The notes under the pieces are model-generated. The model had not been told where the DNA came from. It did not search any database and was given only the letters and a program-made list of their open reading frames with translations. Positions 19,801 through 27,908 of a stretch of 63,741 nt of DNA are shown here, piece after piece. The stretch is from IMG/VR virus record IMGVR_UViG_3300048804_000006, positions 1 to 63,741 of that record; one strand, written 5' to 3'. The stretch is from a virus (lineage: Duplodnaviria; Caudoviricetes). Position 1 is the first letter of the stretch. Each line of letters opens with the position of its first letter. The translations under genes and the position numbers were made by a program.

Positions 19801-19900
19801 CCGTCTCGTCAAGTTTCTTATCATATTTGGAACGGTCGAGATCGATCTCGGTTATTAGTTGAGCAAACTTAGTCCCACCGCGTTCGTCAGCCATTCTCAA
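13820..19900 (-). CDS. Tail tape measure protein (2026 aa)
   Basis: Size, position after the chaperone genes, helical Ala-rich composition, C-terminal GLMGEAGPEAVMPL motif. Confidence 0.93.
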   Translation of the reverse strand: MRMADERGGTKFAQLITEIDLDRSKYDKKLDETVEAANTATIKIEKAFKELGVRTDQSYQDQKTAITKFYRTITEDATVSANERANAEAMLHKKIEALNAKQYSGIRTLTAQKMQVDKNYQDSQEQMWRTLGTRSDQAIESQKQHIMNSYSQLKSQAVGNSTELVRLEAAKNAQLKALSDEMVGKHEMSMASMTRAVLRFYAAYYILSQVLQAVITPIKMAITYLSTIETATLGIAASFMTGGKFIDQTTGKVLEGSAALAKAQIMSKDLIQELQYANLQTIATLDQLIVAYQQTLPVALARGFNVKQVKDFTLAMVQAAGAIGLPMDQMGEETRSLLTGSINPRNSRIATVLGLRNEDIAMYKSNAQGLFDFLMAKLDAYKIAGIEAQNTWAGLTSNMKDIIGQFFGKAFDPLFESLKYQMIEWTKQIVTLDEATKTIIWNPAFLEGIETIKTGITTIIAEMYRLGIALDVAGKGMAGAQMFLAGPGAALGIESSKKKFEAAAESYLDYGKRMLASDKALQDLAMRGQGFKSTDAGTKGAVSVTTEMGQILYYYKAINDEKVKYQTNPTKPDTEKESTIRRNALTEATALNKEYYDDAIAKSDHWLRMQKLSGEGDLEATKEVIDQKKIALNEWYNAQVGSINKYVDGESKRKAELEKLWRDYNKSWIKFQNDDAEVAAQITKKSTTDATSAMEKEIALGMKLTTASVTRIEAKDKAEQHSFEQYQKMMSANEDLALSDHQRAMNRIAAKAKAEKELIDLQVLAGKISPAQAELDKAKIEGITGQQIAEELAKDAARIADFYSQITGYSDTYYKKKLNQIEAERKLNKTLYNEEIANAKAKQQIGALDQKMFTDKSEQVSKALGDMSYAFTAIGSMYDKNSAEYNRMQDAAKAMIVLQQAVAVANAVAAIANQGLGDPYTAFARIAAMVAAMGGLLASTGMSLGGGGSVSAPSAAYGSNTTVLGGANNQGSESITKSWELLQDTYSMENTKLTGIYNQMKDLNANITGLVGGIVRGYGSFSGVGASTDYNQLSPILSSIAAKGSLFADKIFAWIDQKLFGSTTVSSTASGLSITNGGKAVQSYTDIIKETSWSVFGGAGHDEHSTVLGAIDEELTRLFSGPEGIYTNLTKTFGELAKGFGTDTNAALNYIFADAKLNLQGLDAEGIQKAVSEFISKAGDEAVKTLFGTLISQYQQVGEGLLQTAIRLVVDKESVLSALDMTNKAFSGTAMEAVALSESLIEIAGGLDKLTEAASTYYDKFFTDAEKQVKLQGTLTDAMKELGYDALPQTREQFRQIVEALDITTKGGQETYVALMKLSPAMDTFISALEDALNLTISGATDALGAYESAISSAASEARSLANEYKSISASLHDAILSIRGIGTQDAEKTRFNATYAKAMTGDKTALAALPGLAQSYLTESMTTSKSLADFNREKGKILLALTEAEKVSNSMQGYAEYQAHLFEGMLSTLTLIKQELQKGVSANLVLIEGWMGNLANAENALGWQHFLLTDFTPIIDGLGNVTAAANNLYLSFGKDGLKGTADDLYISFGLDGLLGTIDDVIMKFGPDGLMGTADDVAASVAEMGGAADRVVLSFGPDGLQGTADDLYIAFGPDGLLGTADDLIYTFGPDGLMGTLDDVVSSLSLFDWSEQIDPVAWDLFISTVDWSNFVNSLSWDVFVGSMAWDSFVGSLAWNDFVGSFGWNDFVGSLSWSTFINSVSWDSFVGSLAWDKFMTTLAWKDFMTSLSWNDFMESLSWPSFINSVAWTDFVETMGWDAFVPGMDWTTYISGISWDAFVPGVTWGDYIGSINWSPVTAGVGGLIGYLDSLNTPTSALVTLPGAFVTLQSAIGSFISAVNIAMNSIINYVSPIVAIPPIAPILPPPLEPPAIIPPIDDWSGYGKYGPWNDFFGTVGPPNLTAAMGYAFSGGNVIPFSNGGIYNRPTMFPMANGTGLMGEAGPEAVMPLIRIGGKLGVQSTGNNVILIEELRALREEIKAGNVANAKNTLKTAKILDRWDVDGQPAERVLV
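14474..14990 (-). repeat. About 19 x 9-aa Trp repeats (SLAWNDFVG-like) within the TMP
   Basis: Trp every 9 residues, from FDWSEQ to INWSP. Confidence 0.9.
14990..15318 (-). repeat. 6 x 16-aa FGPDGLxGTxDD repeats within the TMP
   Basis: Two groups of three units in the translation. Confidence 0.9.
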
Positions 19901-20318
19901 TCACCGATTTCATAAGAGGTCTCGCGGATGCCAAGGCAGGACGGTAGAATTTCTTTCCGCGCTTGGGATCGGTTGCGTATTCGTAGATTGCGGAATAGTA
20001 TGCCTTGGAATTGCCGCAAATTATCCACACGTTGCGATGGGCGGAGTCTTTCTTGGTGACAACCCGGACAGATCGGAGAAGTTCGCCTGCGTCTCGGGCC
20101 GTCCACCACTTGCCTGCGTAACCGGCACCAGGAACATATTTCCCATTAACATATCCGCCCTTGTAGGGTGGCCGAGAGTAATTGGGATTCTTGATTTGAG
20201 CTTGCAAGTTGGATCGGATCTTAGAGGCAAGGATTTCTCCGGCAGCAGTAATCCTCCGCATGGCCTCATCCATCACCACTTTATCTGCAATCTCCCGGTA
20301 GATATAAACTTTCGGCAT
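19887..20318 (-). CDS. HK97 gp10-like tail completion/neck protein
   Basis: DAGELLRSV, YY..IYEY.T, KFYRPAL motifs. Confidence 0.75.
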   Translation of the reverse strand: MPKVYIYREIADKVVMDEAMRRITAAGEILASKIRSNLQAQIKNPNYSRPPYKGGYVNGKYVPGAGYAGKWWTARDAGELLRSVRVVTKKDSAHRNVWIICGNSKAYYSAIYEYATDPKRGKKFYRPALASARPLMKSVIENG

Positions 20319-20641
20319 CTACTTACTCTCCTCGCGCACCAGATCAATCCACCAGTTAGCCAGCTTGCACACTTTATTGAAGCACTTTAACTTATCTTTG
20401 ATCTTCAGTAACCTCATCGCCTCGTGAATCGCAAGGTGGTTGATTGCTACCGGCCCACCCTCGGTCATAATGTACTGATCACGAACCATGAAAAAGATCT
20501 TGAGTGCCTCTTTGTTATCTTCAACCGGATCCACCCGGCAGGTCTCACATGGAGGCAATTCAGGTGGATTCCGGTTTTCGTACATCTGTTGACATCCGCC
20601 GCAGTTATGGGAGTAGTCCTTTATCCATTCTGCGGCTTCGA
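20319..20641 (-). CDS. -1 frameshift extension of the tail assembly chaperone (gpT-like)
   Basis: -1 frame is open from the slippery site: IEAAEWIKDYSHNCGGCQQMYENRNPPELPPCETC... Confidence 0.75.
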
Positions 20642-21094
20642 TAAATTTGTGGCTGCGACCTCCGCTTCCTTAACTCCCGAGGATGCGAGGAGTTGTTGGC
20701 ACCGGGCGAAGAACCGGTCGAATACGGGGACTTTCATCAATGCCAGCTTACTCTCGCGGGTGCAAGGAATCATTTTCTGAGTCTTGGCATCCTTGAACCC
20801 CTCGATCCCGGTGATGGCGAAATCGAATGCGTCATCGCGTTCACTACGAGCCTCTTCGACTGAGAGTTCGGTATAGAATGAGATGCGTTCCATCTGCCGA
20901 GTCTTGGGATTCATCACGTGCTCAGTCTGCCGCTTGCGTTTGGCGATGCGTTCCTCAAAAAACGGTGTCATGGATCGGATCTGAACCTTAGCATCGGTAA
21001 CGGGATCATCGAATACGGGTTCGCCGGTTAAGGGGTCAATATGGGAGTTCTGGAATGAGAACCACTCGCCTTCTTGCTCAAGTTTGAACAGCAT
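20621..21094 (-). CDS. Tail assembly chaperone (gpG-like)
   Basis: Directly after the tail tube gene; slippery heptamer near its 3' end. Confidence 0.8.
   Translation of the reverse strand: MLFKLEQEGEWFSFQNSHIDPLTGEPVFDDPVTDAKVQIRSMTPFFEERIAKRKRQTEHVMNPKTRQMERISFYTELSVEEARSERDDAFDFAITGIEGFKDAKTQKMIPCTRESKLALMKVPVFDRFFARCQQLLASSGVKEAEVAATNLSKPQNG
20642..20648 (-). other. Programmed -1 frameshift site A AAT TTA
   Basis: X XXY YYZ heptamer in the correct phase; -1 frame joins ORF 20319..20585. Confidence 0.8.
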
Positions 21095-21188
21095 GACTCT
21101 TCACTCTTCTCTTTCTGGCCGATGGCCGTTAAGGGGAGACCCTGCGGAATTACAGAGTCTCCCATGTTAATTACCCCTTGACCGACCG

Positions 21189-21620
21189 CTAGGTGCCGGT
21201 GCCAATCTGCTCCATCGCCTGCGAACTGACTTGGCCGGAGAAGGACATCGTGCCGAAGTTGTTCCGGGGAAGGGTAACCGCATTCGCCTTCGTGACGATG
21301 ATGTATCCACCGGAAGCTACCCGCCAGAACGTCGAGGTGTTGGCGTAGAGGTAGAGATTGGTAAGATGCGTTCCCGCCTGACAGACTGCCGAAAGGGCCA
21401 ACTGACCCGTGGAATCGGAGGGATCGTAGTTACCATTGAACTCAATCGTTCCCGCCTCACCCAATTCCGCGACCTCGTAGACCTTGGTCCCCGTATCGCC
21501 AAACGCCGTGGGAGCCGAGGTAACGGGAAGACTGAACCCGCTCATTGACCACGACACCATATTGGCAACCGTGACCGTTCCGTATTGTACGCGACCATTA
21601 ACGCCAGAAATTTTGCCCAT
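21189..21620 (-). CDS. Major tail (tube) protein
   Basis: 143 aa, beta-rich, TAFGD...GTIEFNGNYD; position before the chaperone. Confidence 0.85.
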   Translation of the reverse strand: MGKISGVNGRVQYGTVTVANMVSWSMSGFSLPVTSAPTAFGDTGTKVYEVAELGEAGTIEFNGNYDPSDSTGQLALSAVCQAGTHLTNLYLYANTSTFWRVASGGYIIVTKANAVTLPRNNFGTMSFSGQVSSQAMEQIGTGT

Positions 21621-21652
21621 TATCTGATCCTCCTTGTTGTTTCAAGGGCAAT

Positions 21653-21698
21653 AAAAAAGCCCGAGAAATTGAATTGTTATTTTCAATTCCAGCGGGCT
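21653..21698 (-). terminator. Hairpin with U-tract upstream of the tail tube gene
   Basis: Minus strand AGCCCG...CGGGCTTTTTT. Confidence 0.5.
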
Positions 21699-21854
21699 GT
21701 TGCGCGGCTGACTAATCAAGCTATGCGTCTTGCAAGGGATAGCTTGAAGACTATGCGATTTCACCTTACTTCTTTTCTATTAAATCTTCAAGTAATTTTA
21801 TCAACATTTTCGCGCAACGAATAATTATTTGACAGATTTGTTTACTGTCTTCAC

Positions 21855-23882
21855 TTAACATTGTGCAGTCCTTTCTGGACCCGCTGACGTTTCAAATCTC
21901 ACTTCACCATCAGGAGGAAGTCCTAACGCGGTTGAATCGACTCGGATTGCTTTATATTTGTCGTAGAGACGTTTGTAATTATCGACAAATAAATCATCCG
22001 GTTCCCAGGTGAATGGGCGAAGGCAATGATGGCTACACCATGCATCGATTATGTATGCGCCAAGGCCACGTTCCCACGCCTGGAGAACGATCAAGGTTCC
22101 ATAGAGATCAAATCCCTCAAAGCTCTCATCGAATCGGAATCCGGTTTTGAGATTAACAATTATCACCGCCTCATCAAAACAACACGCTGGATGCGGGAAA
22201 CGGTGAATGTCGGAAGTATTGAAATGAAGCGGGATGCGGGTATCGTGGAATTTCCCGCACATCCGGCCTGTCATGTCCTTGCCGATCACCCCGGCACACA
22301 TCCAGTTTTTGGGGAGTTTGGCTAACTGGGAGATGACTTGATCCGGCCACGCACGCAAGAAGTACATGTCTTGATGGACGAGAACAGCTACATCGGCCCC
22401 GGTCCCCTCGATGATGTCGAGGAGTTTATTGAGTCCCTTGGTGGCCGATTCGGGCCGGAGGACGGTATGGCAGGGATAGGTTGGATCGATTTGGGATTGT
22501 TTGAGGCACATGTCGAGCCGCACGAGATCGTTTACCATCACCCCGAAAGCCAATCCGCCATCCATTTGCTTCCACCGTTCCGGCTCGTAGAAATTGAACA
22601 AGGCGAATAGTTTTGGCTCATAGCGGATCGGGTATGCGGTTTTGAGATATTCAGCTACAAGTCCGTCAGCCACAGCAGGAACGGATTCGTCAAAGTTGAG
22701 AGTCTTTAGCACCAACCCCTTCATGAAAATCTGTTCACCGCCTATGCACCCGACTTTCACATTGCCGGGACAGGAGAGTAGGGTTGTGGGAGGGTATCGT
22801 TTCTCGGCAGGCAATCCAGGAGGAACCCGATAGCCGCGTTTCATAGAAATAATTATTATCGGATCGTCCATGTTGCGGATTGCATCAAAGACGCCCTGCT
22901 CGTACATGTCGTCGTCGGAAACAGTAACGTAGTAATCATCATCAATGATTCTGCCAGATTGGATAAAGTCGTTGATGAGGGTGGATTGGTTGAACTCATC
23001 GCTTGATGACACCATAGGCTGAATCCAGTCTGTAATTATCTCAACCGGATCTTCCTTTGATAGAGTCAGCGGGTGAAGGATTACATTCATCGGCCCATAG
23101 GCTTTGATGAGTTTATCCCAAAGGTATCGGCGGGAGTAGGGCATGATTAAGTGGATCTTCCGTTTGGCCCCCGAACAGTTTGTATCAATCTCATCAATCA
23201 ACCAAAAATCCCGCTCACCAGTTACAGTGTCGGATCGTCCCTTTTCCACTTTCTCTTTCCACTCTTCGAGGCTCCGGGTGTAGTAATGGTCGATCCACAT
23301 CGTATGGTAGGTTGGGGTGGTGAATGGGCCGTCAATGGGGATTTTGTCCACATTCACACATTGACCGTTGAGATATGAAAACACATGAGGATTCCCGGAA
23401 CTGCCGATTGTCCGCAAGGGATCGATGATGGATTTTATGTGACGCTCATAGGGATGGCCGGTTGTGTGTTGGGTGAACTTCTGACGTTGCGGAATCGGAG
23501 TTTTCTTTTTCAAGCCAGATGAGCCGAACACTCGCCACGTGAGGCCGATTGCAGGATAGTCAGCATAGGCTTCGAGAGATTTCTTGATGTCGTTGTTTTC
23601 GCAAATGATGAACTCATCCTCGTCAATGAAGGCTACCCGGTCGCAAGTAGGCAATGAACCTTTCTTCACATCAGCAAGGCAGGCTTCATAGGCCGCAATT
23701 TGCCTCGCACTGCCGGAGATTGTTTGGATAATTACATCATCGCCCAAGTTGGTAAGCGGGATAGCACTGTCATTGTCATAAATGAAAAACCAATCCACTC
23801 CGAGAGCACGGTGATGCTCCAACCATTCGGTAAGATAAGGTGCGTAGACATCCTTCATTATGGCGCAGATCCCGACCCTCAT
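21855..23882 (-). CDS. Multi-domain glycosyltransferase (GT92-like plus two GT2-like domains)
   Basis: ICAIMKD..YLTEW..H...GVD.F.IYDNDS, FIDEDEF, HYYTRS; IMPYSR...SDDD; LVHQD...DLYG. Confidence 0.85.
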   Translation of the reverse strand: MRVGICAIMKDVYAPYLTEWLEHHRALGVDWFFIYDNDSAIPLTNLGDDVIIQTISGSARQIAAYEACLADVKKGSLPTCDRVAFIDEDEFIICENNDIKKSLEAYADYPAIGLTWRVFGSSGLKKKTPIPQRQKFTQHTTGHPYERHIKSIIDPLRTIGSSGNPHVFSYLNGQCVNVDKIPIDGPFTTPTYHTMWIDHYYTRSLEEWKEKVEKGRSDTVTGERDFWLIDEIDTNCSGAKRKIHLIMPYSRRYLWDKLIKAYGPMNVILHPLTLSKEDPVEIITDWIQPMVSSSDEFNQSTLINDFIQSGRIIDDDYYVTVSDDDMYEQGVFDAIRNMDDPIIIISMKRGYRVPPGLPAEKRYPPTTLLSCPGNVKVGCIGGEQIFMKGLVLKTLNFDESVPAVADGLVAEYLKTAYPIRYEPKLFALFNFYEPERWKQMDGGLAFGVMVNDLVRLDMCLKQSQIDPTYPCHTVLRPESATKGLNKLLDIIEGTGADVAVLVHQDMYFLRAWPDQVISQLAKLPKNWMCAGVIGKDMTGRMCGKFHDTRIPLHFNTSDIHRFPHPACCFDEAVIIVNLKTGFRFDESFEGFDLYGTLIVLQAWERGLGAYIIDAWCSHHCLRPFTWEPDDLFVDNYKRLYDKYKAIRVDSTALGLPPDGEVRFETSAGPERTAQC

Positions 23883-24586
23883 TCAGCCGCCTTCCTTTCT
23901 TTCCCGGTTGATTTAATGGGTTCCTTGTCGTGAATGATTCCAATTCCATGTGTCTTACAATTTGAGGGATCGTCGAGAAACTCCACCATTACTTTGTCTC
24001 TATTCCCCTTGAGTCGTTCCCAATATTTCCCCACATCCGGCCAACCCGGATCTTGTAAATCATGGAACCCGCAGATCTTCGCGTGTTGGCCGAGGTTCTG
24101 CCAATCCTGCTGAACCCACGGCTGGACATGATCCCCGTCGATGAAAACATAATCGAACTTCTCACCCTTGATGTCCTCGCTGGTGATGGATTTGAGGGTG
24201 ATCCAGATTTCCTTGTCGATGACTTCCTTGATGTCGGCATCGAGATATTGGGTGGGGTCAACCCCAAGGCATTTAATGGAAGGGTTGAATCGGCGTAGGT
24301 ATTCGGATGAGAAAAGTAGGTTCGCGCCGTGGTAAACTCCGATTTCACAGTAGGAATTAATCTTAAACTGGCTAAGGTAAACAAGGGCTTTGGCGATTTG
24401 GCCAGGAGTTTGAGCAATTCCCCGGTTGTCAGGATTGATGAATCTCATCTCCGGGCCGATTGTTCGTGGCCCCCATGCGACAATTCCAAACGCTCGGACT
24501 AAGTTTGCTACGATCTCCGCATCCTTGAGGGAGTCTAATGGGAGTTGCCGAAGTAAACCTTGAACCGCGATAAAGTTTGTCCTCAT
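23879..24586 (-). CDS. Class I SAM methyltransferase (Methyltransf_24-like)
   Basis: EIGVYHG, GVD, FDYVFIDGDH, GFHD motifs. Confidence 0.85.
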   Translation of the reverse strand: MRTNFIAVQGLLRQLPLDSLKDAEIVANLVRAFGIVAWGPRTIGPEMRFINPDNRGIAQTPGQIAKALVYLSQFKINSYCEIGVYHGANLLFSSEYLRRFNPSIKCLGVDPTQYLDADIKEVIDKEIWITLKSITSEDIKGEKFDYVFIDGDHVQPWVQQDWQNLGQHAKICGFHDLQDPGWPDVGKYWERLKGNRDKVMVEFLDDPSNCKTHGIGIIHDKEPIKSTGKERKAAE

Positions 24587-24604
24587 TACACAATTCCTTT
24601 CTTG

Positions 24605-25021
24605 TTAAGTTACTTGAAGTGTTATTGAATAGTCTACACACCAATGCTTGACTTTCTGGGTGCCTGCCGTTGTGATAATCTCCTCATTGAATGTGACCAA
24701 CCGCTCGCGTTTCATGATAACCATTGTGTTGGAGGTAACGGTTAATTTCACATCGTCAAATAGTGCCTTGAGATCCCGGTACATGGTAGTGATTTCAGTC
24801 GCACCGTTGGATTCGGAGAATAGGGAAAACTGGATTGAGACTTCCTCTCCAAGTTTGCTGAATGCGTTATCGGGGATGTCAACCACAATTAGGAATATGC
24901 AATCCGGGAATTGCCGGTCGTCGGGGGCCTGGTCAAGATACACGCGGCCGCCTACGTCATTGTAGAAGGTGGATGGGCCGGTGGTTATGCGAGTCATGAT
25001 TGATGTTAATAAGTTTTCCAT
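24605..25021 (-). CDS. Tail terminator protein (DUF3168-like)
   Basis: GRVY.D.AP, QFSLFS, KHWCVDY; position. Confidence 0.8.
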   Translation of the reverse strand: MENLLTSIMTRITTGPSTFYNDVGGRVYLDQAPDDRQFPDCIFLIVVDIPDNAFSKLGEEVSIQFSLFSESNGATEITTMYRDLKALFDDVKLTVTSNTMVIMKRERLVTFNEEIITTAGTQKVKHWCVDYSITLQVT

Positions 25022-25720
25022 CTATGCGGACTCCTTGCATTTAAACTCTGTCCAGACTCCTACATCAACAGAGGACCCAATTCTTTTTAAATATTCAAAA
25101 AACTCCTCAAGAGATCTTGCATGTTTTCTAATATTGCAAAATCGGCAACACGGTGCAATGTTATCAATATTATCCGATCCACCTTTTGATAGTGGGATTA
25201 TATGATCTTCCGATACAGTTCTTTTTGTGAGTGATTTTCCGCAATATGAACATTTCCATTCCTTTGATTCACATAAAGAATAAAACTCAACTTTTGTATG
25301 CCTTCCTTCTGCATTATGTTTTAATGCTCTCCTGTGATTCTCGCTCATTCTTTTTAATTCTGGGTGTTCTTTTTGGTATTTCAAATTCTTATCTTTACAT
25401 TCTGGATGTTCTTGCCTATATTTACGTGCCTGGTCAAGACAATATTCTCTATTTTCGTTGTACCATTTTTTAAATCTATTATTCAAATCTTCCGCCCTTT
25501 CGGGACATTCAGCACGAATACGTTTCCAATATTCATTATTTGCTTTCCTCGTTTCCTCGACGTGGTCTTTCTTGAATTTTTTTGTCCGACTATTCGTAAC
25601 CTTCCTTTTACATTCCACACATCTCTTACGGTATGTGGTTGTTTCTTTTATAATTATTCCACAATCAATACAGATGACTGTTGCCTTTCCTAAGATTTTT
25701 ACTCCTTTTATGCGGGGCAT
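25022..25720 (-). CDS. Free-standing HNH endonuclease
   Basis: CSYCG...EDHIIPLSKGGSDNIDNIAPCCRFCNIRK; lower GC than its neighbours. Confidence 0.93.
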   Translation of the reverse strand: MPRIKGVKILGKATVICIDCGIIIKETTTYRKRCVECKRKVTNSRTKKFKKDHVEETRKANNEYWKRIRAECPERAEDLNNRFKKWYNENREYCLDQARKYRQEHPECKDKNLKYQKEHPELKRMSENHRRALKHNAEGRHTKVEFYSLCESKEWKCSYCGKSLTKRTVSEDHIIPLSKGGSDNIDNIAPCCRFCNIRKHARSLEEFFEYLKRIGSSVDVGVWTEFKCKESA

Positions 25721-25734
25721 TTCGTTTCGCCTTT

Positions 25735-26073
25735 CTATGCCGTTTCTTTACATTTTAATTCTAGAAATTCATGCTTAAAGTTTACATCAATAGGCGGTCC
25801 AATGATAGCAAAATAACGACTTCCGTAACGGACCCGCCATGCCGCCTTCACATCGGTACGGTAACGAATAGTGATATTGTGGATCGCCGTGCCAGTAGTC
25901 GCCATTGCCTGAATTGCCTCATCGGATCGGAGGGTCGTCATCTTGGCCCACACAGTTGCAATGGTGACGAAGGTGGTGGTAAAACCGCCCATGCCATCGG
26001 CTACTCGGGATGAACGCTGGAGTTCGACTTGATGATTTAATTCACCAACTCTCGGCATTACAACTCCTCCCAT
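25735..26073 (-). CDS. Head closure protein (gp16/FII-like)
   Basis: GELNHQV.LQ...DGMGG....ATVWA...ITIRYR. Confidence 0.9.
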   Translation of the reverse strand: MGGVVMPRVGELNHQVELQRSSRVADGMGGFTTTFVTIATVWAKMTTLRSDEAIQAMATTGTAIHNITIRYRTDVKAAWRVRYGSRYFAIIGPPIDVNFKHEFLELKCKETA

Positions 26074-27062
26074 AAGATTGAATTGAATAGGAGATTTTGG
26101 ACGGTTTTATTGATTTCATATTTCTGTCCAGAATTAACCAAATCCTGTTTCGATCTATTCGCCCACAAGTCGGTTGCAATCATCAGCATCGCGGATTTAA
26201 GTTTCGATGGGATTGCTGCTGCCGTTGCCCACCCGCACACGAATCGTACAGTGATCGGATTGGAAGGGTATAAGGTGCCGCTTGGCCATGAAGTTGAAAA
26301 CGGGAGTACAATCCGCCCACACTTCTCACCATTTGTCTCAACCAGATAATCAATCCCCGCGACGAGAGTGGTTTCATCCCCATCATCATCCCTCCATTTG
26401 ACCGAGAACACAAACTGGAGGTTTCCATAGGGGAGTTTGAAATAGTTCTTCTTGGGCCAATCTCGTAAACAATAGTCCCATGTCTGGGTGATGAGTGCGC
26501 GACGGAGTTGATCCTCCACGATCTCGCGGGAGGTTTGGATAATTGAGGTAAGCAGGGTATCCTCAGCGGTAGTCGCAGCGTTAGTGAGAATCGATGTACC
26601 AAACTCACAGGCAGCCAGTAAAACTTTCGACACGGTGCGGATGTAGGATTTGGTACCGGTATATTGCTTCTTGTAATCTGCGTTGTCATTAGTCGTCTCA
26701 ACTTTTGTAAATGCACCCCCAGTCCAATCCACCCATGTGGCATTGTCGTCGGACTCCTGGATCTTGGTATCGTTGGTTCCGGTTGCCTGGTTGGTACCGG
26801 ATGATAGGATAACCTCTGCAATCTTGCCTGCCACCAACACTCCAATCCCAACATGGGTTGTGTAATTATTGGCGATGGCGTGTGATCCGAATCCGAGCGA
26901 TTGAGTCAACCCCAAACCATCATCGAATGAATTGGAGTCGAGTCGCAATTGCAACTTCAATTCCGCGAGGGTGATTGGTTCGGTTGCCGGAGCGGTAACG
27001 AGGTATGTCCCGCCGCCACTACCCAATCCGCTTACTGGAGTGCCTGTTCCTGATCCGCTCAC
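26058..27062 (-). CDS. Head-tail connector (gp6/gp15-like) with inserted beta domain
   Basis: PATEPITLAELKLQLRLD...EDTLLTSII..RRALITQTW...VRFVCGW...IP..LKSAML; probable GTG start at 27062. Confidence 0.85.
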   Translation of the reverse strand: MSGSGTGTPVSGLGSGGGTYLVTAPATEPITLAELKLQLRLDSNSFDDGLGLTQSLGFGSHAIANNYTTHVGIGVLVAGKIAEVILSSGTNQATGTNDTKIQESDDNATWVDWTGGAFTKVETTNDNADYKKQYTGTKSYIRTVSKVLLAACEFGTSILTNAATTAEDTLLTSIIQTSREIVEDQLRRALITQTWDYCLRDWPKKNYFKLPYGNLQFVFSVKWRDDDGDETTLVAGIDYLVETNGEKCGRIVLPFSTSWPSGTLYPSNPITVRFVCGWATAAAIPSKLKSAMLMIATDLWANRSKQDLVNSGQKYEINKTVQNLLFNSILWEEL

Positions 27063-27901
27063 GATAAAACCTCCGAATCTGGGTTGGTGAAATTGTAACC
27101 TGCATGGGTCCGCCAAACATAAACCGTTGTTCCGGAATCCCCTGGCGCAAAATAGAAGGTTACGATGCCTACTGAATTTGTTACACCGCTACGAAGAACA
27201 TTTGTTCCCGCCGAATCACTGGTGATTATCACCGTTGCATCCGGGATCGCCGCTGCTGTCACGCTATCGGTCAAGGTGTAGGTCCAGATCAGAGCCCCGG
27301 CGCCGTTGATCGTGTCCGTCTTGAGCTTGATCGCGTCCACAACCGTATCAACCGTGGCAAGGTTCGCCGCCGTCGCCAGCGCCGCATCACTGATCGCCGT
27401 ATCGCAGGCCGCATTGACATCCGCATCGGTCGGGAGCGCCGCGATTGCGTTGGGGATGGTGGTCCCTACTGCCGTGATGATCGTGCCGATTTCGGTGTCG
27501 AGGTATCCGGCAACCGTCGCAAGATCAACCGCCAGCGCCGCGTTATCCGTTCCCCTCATGTTCGAGGCTGCCGGAGTCGCCGCGTTCAAGGATGCCTTCA
27601 TCGTCGCCGTGAAATCCGATTCCGTATAGAGCGCCCCCGGCACCCCAATCACCGCGATGTTCGCCGTGACACTGGAGGGGCAAATCACGATCATGTTCCC
27701 ATTGGTCTCCGCGTCGGTCAGGTCAAAGGCATAGTACCCGCCCTCCAACTCTGTCGGGTTCGTATCGTCAACAGGGTTCGCCGCCCCGCCGTCAAGCCTC
27801 AGATTCGCCGTGATGTTCAGGGCGTCGCCCGTTTTCGGCAACCCGGTTGTGGTATCGAAGGCGAAGACAACCCATTTTTGACCAGCGGTATTTTTAATCA
27901 T
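27059..27901 (-). CDS. Putative virion structural protein
   Basis: Ala/Thr/Asp-rich; GYY.FDLT.AETN; C-terminal Ig-like segment. Confidence 0.65.
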   Translation of the reverse strand: MIKNTAGQKWVVFAFDTTTGLPKTGDALNITANLRLDGGAANPVDDTNPTELEGGYYAFDLTDAETNGNMIVICPSSVTANIAVIGVPGALYTESDFTATMKASLNAATPAASNMRGTDNAALAVDLATVAGYLDTEIGTIITAVGTTIPNAIAALPTDADVNAACDTAISDAALATAANLATVDTVVDAIKLKTDTINGAGALIWTYTLTDSVTAAAIPDATVIITSDSAGTNVLRSGVTNSVGIVTFYFAPGDSGTTVYVWRTHAGYNFTNPDSEVLS

Positions 27902-27908
27902 TTCATCC

